Assembly (NCBI GenBank): GCA_046861645.1
Contig: JBHHUM010000044.1
Location: 1 to 17,436, forward strand
Source of the DNA: Fidelibacterota bacterium
GTDB taxonomy: Bacteria > Fidelibacterota > Marinisomatia > Marinisomatales > UBA2128
Length of the DNA stretch: 17,436 bases
Direction of reading: 5' to 3'
A model generated the notes under the pieces. That model saw nothing but the letters and a program-made list of their open reading frames with translations. It searched no databases and was not told the origin of the DNA. Made by a program: the position numbers and the translations under genes. Below are positions 1-7,228 of the stretch, in pieces. Within the stretch, counting starts at the first letter, position 1. Each line of letters opens with the position of its first letter.

Positions 1-41
1 CCACTTCTTTCGGGAGAGCATTTCAGTAGAGGTCTAATAAA

Positions 42-2468
42 ATGAGAAAGTGGCTGAAGATCACCCTGTTTACGATAATCATTTTGATTGTGATGACAGG
101 TTTATTTCTGAAAATGTATTTTAATTACCCCTTGCCTCCGTATGAAGGGGAACTAACCCTTACCGAGCTTAATGAGCCTGTAGAAGTTTATTTCGATGAC
201 TATGCGGTACCTCATATCTTTGCTCAGAATGAACACGACCTTTTTATTGCTGCTGGCTATCTAGTAGCCCGGGAGCGTCTTTTCCAGATGACAGTTACGG
301 CGGCAGCTACAGAAGGACGATTAGCAGAGCTGTTTGGAGAGAGTGTGATCAGCAGTGATATTTACTTGCGGACATGGGGGATCCCAAGAGTGGCTGGAAT
401 ACTGGCGGATAATATGCATCCAGAATCCAAAGAAATCAGTAAGAACTTCTGCACAGGAATAAATGCTTATATTGCTGAGGTTGGTTCCGATCTTCCTGTA
501 GAGTTCAAGCTTCTTGGGATTAAACCGATCCTTTGGCAGCCCAAACACATTACAGGTTACGCCCGCATGATGGCTCATAATCTTTCGTTTAACTGGCGGA
601 CAGAGATTCTTCTCTCAAGGTTGATGGATGGTACACTCAGTCGACGTAAGGTACGGGACCTCTGGCCGCGCTATCCGTCCGGTCAACCCCTGATTAAGCC
701 ACCGGGGAAACTTTATGGTCTTTTGGGAAAAGTAATGAGAACTGAGGATCAGAAGTTGCGCGAAATCATGCACATGGATGCCAGGCATTTGGGTTCTAAC
801 AATTTTGTCATCTCAGGAAGCAGAACCGCTACAGGAAAACCTATTCTGGGTAATGATCCCCACCTGCCCTTTTCTCAACCAGCAGTCTGGTATGAACTAC
901 ACTTATCGGGTGGCAGGTTCAATGTCAGTGGTGTAACGTTACCGGGGATGCCAGTCATTATTCTGGGGCAAAATGAAGCGGCGGCCTGGGGGTTTACCAA
1001 TCTGATGGTAGATGATATTGATTTCTACGAAGAAGAAATTTCACCGGACAGCCCCAATCTTTACCTATATGATGGAGAATACCGTCCCATGGCCGTATGG
1101 GAGGAAACCATCAAAGCTAAGGGAGGATCTGATACGGTAGTGGTTTTTCGAGAAACAGTCCACGGTCCTGTCATTTCTGACATCCATCCGCAATTAAAGA
1201 ATAGCAATAGGGTGGTCGCCATGCGCTGGATTGGACATGAAACCAACTCAGATGAGATGTATGCCGCCATGAAATTAAATCTTATGTCTGGTTGGGAGGA
1301 TTTTCTGTCAGCAGGTGAATTTTATTCATCGCCAGCACAAAATGTAGTCTATGCTGATACAGCCGGGAATATCGGTTGGAAGCCTATAGGCTGGATACCC
1401 CTCCGTGCCAGAGGTAGTGAATTAGTACCAGTAGCCGGAAGCGACCCTGATAACGATTGGCGTGGGTTTGTTACTGAAGATGAGATGCCTGTAATTTTCA
1501 ATCCGAAATCGGGACTTATCATTACTGCCAACAATAAGGTCGTGGATGAATCCTATCCCTACTATATCTCGGCTTTTTGGGAAGACCCTTCCCGAGCCAA
1601 GCGATTGTGGGAAATCCTGGACGTACTAGAACCCATCTCTTTGGAATATGCCAAAGGGGCCATGGTAGATGTTACCTCACCCTTTGCTAGAGAGGCCGCT
1701 ACTTATTTTGTAGCAGCTTTTTCGGGGGGAGTATCAGTTGAGGACAAGAACCTTCAAGAGGCAATAGAGTTGCTATCAGGTTGGGATGGAGAACATTCAC
1801 CCTCTTCCCGGGCGGCCCTGGTCTTTAATATGGCTCTGATGCGTTTATTCGAGAACCTCTTTGCTGATGAATTACAGCTGCTGGGAGATGATGCGTTTGA
1901 TAGTTGGCTTAGTTTTCCACCACTGACTTTACGGAGTACTAGATTTCTCCTGAAAAACAGTCAAGCAAGCATCTGGGATGATGTAAGTACGACGGGGATA
2001 GTAGAAGAAAGGGATGAAATCTTGCGCAAATCCCTCACGGAGGGTGTCAGAAATATTGAAAAGCAAGTCGGTCCCGATCCTAACATCTGGAATTGGAGTA
2101 GGTTGCATACCCTTACTCATCCTCATTCTATCGGCCGGAAAAGCGGGATATTAAACTGGTTGTTTGGTTTTAATGTGGGTCCCTTTCCCACTGGTGGAGC
2201 TTCCACTACAGTCAACAATGGTGAATACCGTTTGTCTGCTCCTTTTGCTCATATTAATGGACCTTCCAAGCGTCGGGCTGTTGATTTGGGAGACTTAAAC
2301 CGCACCCAAATTGTCCTTCCCACGGGCCAGTCAGGTCTTCCAAAGAGTCCTCATTACAGTGATCAAGCCGGGCTCTACCTCTCTGGTCAATATCGTACCT
2401 CACCATTTGATGAAGAAGTTATACGGAATTCCGGCTACCGCCGGTTGGTATTAAAACCTGCTGGGTAA
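42..2468 (+). CDS. Penicillin acylase family (peptidase S45) Ntn-hydrolase with N-terminal membrane anchor
   Basis: 808-aa ORF. Hydrophobic N-terminus, alpha-subunit motifs (DDYAVPHIFA, RLFQM, GRLAELFG), beta-subunit nucleophile motif G|SNNFVISGSRTATGKPILGNDPHL, and C-terminal GQSGLPKSPHYSDQ. GAGG at about 30-33 is a possible RBS. Substrate not determinable. Confidence 0.93.
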   Translation: MRKWLKITLFTIIILIVMTGLFLKMYFNYPLPPYEGELTLTELNEPVEVYFDDYAVPHIFAQNEHDLFIAAGYLVARERLFQMTVTAAATEGRLAELFGESVISSDIYLRTWGIPRVAGILADNMHPESKEISKNFCTGINAYIAEVGSDLPVEFKLLGIKPILWQPKHITGYARMMAHNLSFNWRTEILLSRLMDGTLSRRKVRDLWPRYPSGQPLIKPPGKLYGLLGKVMRTEDQKLREIMHMDARHLGSNNFVISGSRTATGKPILGNDPHLPFSQPAVWYELHLSGGRFNVSGVTLPGMPVIILGQNEAAAWGFTNLMVDDIDFYEEEISPDSPNLYLYDGEYRPMAVWEETIKAKGGSDTVVVFRETVHGPVISDIHPQLKNSNRVVAMRWIGHETNSDEMYAAMKLNLMSGWEDFLSAGEFYSSPAQNVVYADTAGNIGWKPIGWIPLRARGSELVPVAGSDPDNDWRGFVTEDEMPVIFNPKSGLIITANNKVVDESYPYYISAFWEDPSRAKRLWEILDVLEPISLEYAKGAMVDVTSPFAREAATYFVAAFSGGVSVEDKNLQEAIELLSGWDGEHSPSSRAALVFNMALMRLFENLFADELQLLGDDAFDSWLSFPPLTLRSTRFLLKNSQASIWDDVSTTGIVEERDEILRKSLTEGVRNIEKQVGPDPNIWNWSRLHTLTHPHSIGRKSGILNWLFGFNVGPFPTGGASTTVNNGEYRLSAPFAHINGPSKRRAVDLGDLNRTQIVLPTGQSGLPKSPHYSDQAGLYLSGQYRTSPFDEEVIRNSGYRRLVLKPAG

Positions 2469-2476
2469 TCTTTTCT

Positions 2477-3316
2477 GTGTTGGTCTTTTTTGTAATAGTA
2501 GCCGTCGTCACGGTTGGTGTGGTAAAACACCTTTTTTTCTGGCATCCCCTTGATACGGCTTATCTCTATACTAGAGGTCCCCTCTTTATGGGGCACCGTG
2601 GTTCGCCAGCAGTGTGTCCTGAAAATACACGACCTTCATTCACTCAAGCTGTGGATTCCGGGCTGACGGCTGTGGAGATAGATGTCCTTTCGACCCGGGA
2701 TGGTAAGATTGTCTGTTCACATAATCACGATCTTGAGCGAGAGACAAATGGGGGTGGTTATATTCACGAAATGAATTATAAGGATTTGGTGAATATCGAT
2801 GCGGGCACCAAGTTTCCTGAGTTCTCACCTACACCCATCCCTCTGCTTGAGGAGGTGATCGATGATCTGCCGGAAGAGACATTATTGAATATCGAGGTTA
2901 AATTCACAAAGCCGTTTGTGTTGCGTACAGCGGATCAGTTGGTGAAGATTATCCATAAGAAAAATCTTCGCTCGCGGGTGATGGTTTCCAGTTTTCATCC
3001 GTTTATCATTTGGCGCGTCAAATTCCTCGATAAGCGTATTCCTACGGCCTATATTTGGAGTAATCAACTGGTCCCGAAGATTTTAAGAAAACCACGGTTT
3101 ATCAATCTTGTGCATCCAGACATGCTTAATCCTGAGGCTCATCTTGTGACAGAAGACCTGTTGTATTATGTTCGTCGAAAAGGGATGCGTCTGAATGCGT
3201 GGACGGTGAACAATTATCCCGCAATGATCTGGCTCTTGAATCAGGGTGTGGATGGAATTATATCGGATTATCCTCATTTAATGCTGAAAGCAGCTAATTC
3301 AATGAAGGAGCAATAA
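2477..3316 (+). CDS. Glycerophosphodiester phosphodiesterase (GDPD) family protein with N-terminal TM segment
   Basis: 279 aa, GTG start. Motifs GHRG..PENT, EIDV, LNIEVK, SSF, AWTVN and GVDGIISDYP are typical of GDPD. Starts 8 bp after the previous stop. Confidence 0.92.
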   Translation: MLVFFVIVAVVTVGVVKHLFFWHPLDTAYLYTRGPLFMGHRGSPAVCPENTRPSFTQAVDSGLTAVEIDVLSTRDGKIVCSHNHDLERETNGGGYIHEMNYKDLVNIDAGTKFPEFSPTPIPLLEEVIDDLPEETLLNIEVKFTKPFVLRTADQLVKIIHKKNLRSRVMVSSFHPFIIWRVKFLDKRIPTAYIWSNQLVPKILRKPRFINLVHPDMLNPEAHLVTEDLLYYVRRKGMRLNAWTVNNYPAMIWLLNQGVDGIISDYPHLMLKAANSMKEQ

Positions 3317-5118
3317 TGAAACAGTTAAACCTGAAGATAACGTTACTTGCAGCTATTGTTCTGTTGACAGCCTGTGGTCCGAGAGAGGATGTGGATATTA
3401 CAGCAGATGAAGTTTTAGGTCATATCAGAGTTCTTGCTGATGACCGTTACGAGGGCCGCCGGGCGGGAGAAATGGGTGACCGTAAGGCGGCTCGCTATAT
3501 CAGTCGTCATTTTCGGTCAGTAGGATTGCAACCTTTCGATAATAACTTACATTCTTATCTTCAGCACTTCGATTTTATCAGCGGGGTTAAAGTCGGCAGA
3601 GACAATACTATCACCTACCTTGATAGGGATGGAAGTAAGGTTCGTCTGTACAACCAGAAGGATTTTGTGCCTCTGGGCTTCTCCTCCAGTAAGAGAGTCT
3701 CCGGAGAGGTTGTTTTTGCCGGATACGGAATTTCAGCGGATAGCCTTGGTTTTGATGATTACGAAGGAATAGATGTCTCCGGGAAAATTGTATTACTCCT
3801 TAGGTATTCTCCCGATGGTACTAATCCCCATGGTGATTTCAGCCGGTATTCTCCTTTGCGGTACAAGGCTACGAAAGCGCGGGATAAAGGTGCGGTAGCT
3901 GTCATGATCGCCAGCGGTCCGGCCGATGAAGAGGACGAAAATTATCTGGTGAAGAGTGGTTTTGGTCACGGGGGAGTATCTGTGGGAATCCCGGTAGTCT
4001 ATCTAACAACAAAAGTTGCCCACGATCTGGTGAATCTTGGTGGGAAGAGTCTGAAAGAGTTGCAGGAGCGCTTAAATAAACAACGGGAAGTGGTATCGTT
4101 TTCCATTCCTGCGGTGGTCCAAATTGAGACCGATATTGAAAAGGTACCGGCAAATTCTGCTAATGTTGTGGGTCTGGTGGAAGGAACAGACCCGGAGTTA
4201 AAGGAAGAATATATTGTTGTGGGAGCACACTATGATCATTTAGGTTGGGGAGGAGAAGGTTCCATGGTTAAGGATACGGTTGCCATTCACAATGGGGCTG
4301 ATGATAACGCATCAGGGACGGCTGGCGTGATCGAACTGGCGGAGTGGTTTGCTGCCAATCCTCAGCCACGTAGCTTAATCTTTGTCTCCTTTGGGGGGGA
4401 GGAATTGGGACTCCTCGGTTCAGCCGCATTTGTGGAAAAACCTCCCGTCCCCCCGGAACAGATGGTTGCCATGGTAAATATGGATATGATCGGTCGACTG
4501 GAGGGCAGGGAGATGGTTGTGGGTGGTGCCGGGACCTCCTCCATCTGGAAGGATCTGATCACTGAGAAGGCCGTGGCCTTTGACTTGGAGCCCAAGTTCG
4601 ATGATTCCGGCTTTGGTTCCAGCGATCATCAATCGTTCTATACCAAGGAAATTCCCGTCCTCTTCTTTTTCACCGGTACACACAAAGATTACCACCGTCC
4701 CAGTGACGACTGGTACTGGATCAATGCGGAAGGGGAGGAGCAGGTGTTAAAGCTGGTTCGTGAAGTGTTGGTAGATTTAGGCCACCGGTCACAGCGTCCT
4801 GATTTTGTGGAAGTTCAACAGGAGCAGTCCGGAGGTCGTCGGGGGTTTGCTGTGACACTGGGGACCATCCCTGACTATGCTGGTACCGATGTGGAAGGGA
4901 TGAGAATAACCGGTACACGGAAGGGAAGTCCGGCCGATAAAGCCGGCATGAAGAAAGGCGATGTTCTGGTGAAATTGGGTGACAACGAGATCAAGAGCAT
5001 CTACGATTATATGTACGCACTGCAAGAGGCAAAAGCTGGTGAACCCATAGAAGCAGTTGTTCTTCGCGCCGGTCAGCGTGTTACTCTGGAGGTGATTCCT
5101 GCCCGGAGGCGGGAGTAA
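3316..5118 (+). CDS. M28-family aminopeptidase lipoprotein with PA domain and C-terminal PDZ domain
   Basis: 600 aa. Lipobox LLTA-C20; PA domain (VVFAGYGI..DDYEGIDVSGKIVL); zinc-site motifs GAHYDHLG, GADDNASG, GEELGL, NMDM, SDH and DYH; PDZ (LGTIPDY..GSPADKAGMKKGDV). The start overlaps the GDPD stop (TAATG). Confidence 0.93.
   Translation: MKQLNLKITLLAAIVLLTACGPREDVDITADEVLGHIRVLADDRYEGRRAGEMGDRKAARYISRHFRSVGLQPFDNNLHSYLQHFDFISGVKVGRDNTITYLDRDGSKVRLYNQKDFVPLGFSSSKRVSGEVVFAGYGISADSLGFDDYEGIDVSGKIVLLLRYSPDGTNPHGDFSRYSPLRYKATKARDKGAVAVMIASGPADEEDENYLVKSGFGHGGVSVGIPVVYLTTKVAHDLVNLGGKSLKELQERLNKQREVVSFSIPAVVQIETDIEKVPANSANVVGLVEGTDPELKEEYIVVGAHYDHLGWGGEGSMVKDTVAIHNGADDNASGTAGVIELAEWFAANPQPRSLIFVSFGGEELGLLGSAAFVEKPPVPPEQMVAMVNMDMIGRLEGREMVVGGAGTSSIWKDLITEKAVAFDLEPKFDDSGFGSSDHQSFYTKEIPVLFFFTGTHKDYHRPSDDWYWINAEGEEQVLKLVREVLVDLGHRSQRPDFVEVQQEQSGGRRGFAVTLGTIPDYAGTDVEGMRITGTRKGSPADKAGMKKGDVLVKLGDNEIKSIYDYMYALQEAKAGEPIEAVVLRAGQRVTLEVIPARRRE
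5079..5118 (+). repeat. Left copy of 40-bp direct repeat (3' end of the M28 gene)
   Basis: TGTTACTCTGGAGGTGATTCCTGCCCGGAGGCGGGAGTAA, 38/40 identical to 9809-9848 (offset 4730 bp). Confidence 0.97.
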
Positions 5119-7126
5119 TTATCTCAGCAGTACCATCTTCCGGGTCTTATGAAATGTTTTCTTACTCTCCTGCGACCGTGCTTTGAGTGTATAGATGTAA
5201 ATCCCGGTTGAGGCCATATTGCCACTGTTATCTTTACCATCCCAGATCACACTCTTGAATCCTGCCTCCTCCCTGTTATCGAGGATTGTACGGACTTCTC
5301 TTCCAAGAATGTCGTATATCACTAAGGAGACATAGGAAGCCTCTGGCAGGTCATAGCGGATGGTGGTAGCTGGATTGAAGGGGTTGGGGAAATTCATAGT
5401 CAAAGAATATTCTTCAGGTATACCTTCTTCATAAACAGTCTGTCTCCATTGAATCCAGCTTTCCCCTCTTGCTTGAACTGTATTTGACGAACCAGACGAC
5501 TCTTGACTTCGGTTATCAACTGCCTTAACCCAGTATTTGACTATATCTTTTCCGCTCCCTGTAGAGAAATCTTCATCATGATATGATGTAATTGGACACG
5601 GAATTACAAAAGTATGAGTATCATATAGTGGTGGAGGAAATCCAGTCCAGATAGAAAGTTCCTTATATAAGTTGTATCCTGCAATATCATATTCATTGTT
5701 TGCATCCCACTGAAGCAAAGGGTAACCCACATCTGTTAAAGTTAAATTTTGAGGGGCTGCAGGAGGATAGTCTATTTCAGCAAAATATACATCGGCTCCT
5801 GTATCACTTCTATAATCAGTCCAACAAGGATAAGCAAATCCAGTTGAAGAAGTAATGCCCATATAATGGTGTGTCCACAAAGAGTTTAACGGTTCTGAAC
5901 TAATTTCAGTGACTTGTATTTTCTTCAAAAGTTTGCCCTCCATCAGTAGATCGGGCAACAAACACATCAATCAACATTGGGGTAAAATCCTGAGTCAACT
6001 CATAGTAGGATAAGTAAAGGGTACCTTCATCATCAATGGAAATCCAATTGTGGAATTGCCATCTATCGGTATTTTCTGTAGCAAACAACATAGGTGATGA
6101 CCAGTCTAAACCTCCATCTGTTGATTTGGTAAGATATATATTAACGTCCTTATTATCTTTCGCAGTGTACGTTATGTATAAATCTCCTGAAGTTGGGTCG
6201 ATCGCAAGACTTACGCTATTCCAACTTTTAATTTCCAAAGCAGAATTGTCGTCTATTGCCTCATTTGCTACGCCAAATGCAGGGTCGGTAACAGTCACTA
6301 TGTAATCCAAAGTTGTTCTATCGTTAATAATCTTAGCTAATTTGATTATACCTGACTGACCTCCGTTATCCCCCAATGTATGTCTAAGCCAACTAACAAA
6401 TACGTCACCATTGGGAGCTATAACTGGCATAGACCCTAAAACTCTTTCAAGATTATTTCGTGGAAGATCTAACGGTTCTGTTCGAGGAACTGAATAGAAA
6501 TAAGATTCACCCCCTTCAGCTGAATCAAGAGTTAATAGTGGCCCTAAGTTGCTTATTCTTTCTAAACGTCTGAATCTGATTTTACTTCCTGATTCAAAAT
6601 CAGTCCACGTAATGTGAGCAATCCGGTTGTCATAATCCACTGCCATATATGGCTTATCATCCCTGTCATCCGGATTGTCATGAATAGTTTTATAAGCCCA
6701 GTTTTGACCATAATCATCAGCTATAGCTACCTATATGTCGCCTAGATGCAAAATATCTGTTGAAGCAAAATAACAATAGTAAAAATTACCTAAGTCATCT
6801 ACTCCTGCGGATGGATCGAGACCATATATAAGATATTCATACTCCTCTCCAAGACGATTAGGAACTACATCTATATTCCAGTTTACTCCTCCATCAATTG
6901 AAAATCCATAACCTGGTTTTGAGTAGTAACCGTTAGTAAAATCATTCCAAACAGCCATAAACACGTTTGGATCTTCGGGATGAACAGCAATAGCTGTTTC
7001 ACTTTGGTCGAGCTCATTGGAGTTAACAGGATAAGTATTATGAATCTGTGGGTTAACTGAGCTGAAAGGTAGTATTACTAAACCTACAACTCCCAGAAAC
7101 GAATGAAGATGTCTGTATGTATTCAT
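5119..7126 (-). pseudogene. Disrupted secreted Asp-box (BNR/sialidase-like) beta-propeller protein with an FnIII-like domain and T9SS-CTD/FlgD-Ig-like tail (about 668 aa when repaired)
   Basis: Three ORF pieces join into one gene. 6731-7126 (signal peptide, QSETAIAV, SIDGGVNW) reads through a TAG at 6731-6733 in frame into VAIADDYGQNW..DKPYMAVD and ORF 5906-6646 (STDGGLDW, STDGGQTF). A frameshift at about 5917-5922 then leads into IQVTEISS..PPAAPQNL..YWVKAVD..NFPNPFNP..RKMVLLR. Confidence 0.88.
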
Positions 7127-7228
7127 GATGATATTCTACATTTTACTTTTGTTTATGATTATCATACTAACTATTCATATTTTCATTACTACAATTATTC
7201 TCTTTTCACTATACCAACCTGAAGCCAT

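Noticed and set aside
5906..5970. ORF 5119-5970 as an independent gene starting MMCLLPDLL
   Set aside because: Its first ~17 residues are the out-of-frame reading of the STDGGQTF Asp-box. It is the post-frameshift part of the larger gene.
6731..6733. In-frame TAG as pyrrolysine or stop-codon reassignment
   Set aside because: TAG terminates uvrA and the LVIVD gene at their expected ends, no pyl genes are in view, and the same gene also has a frameshift. A nonsense mutation or sequencing error is simpler.
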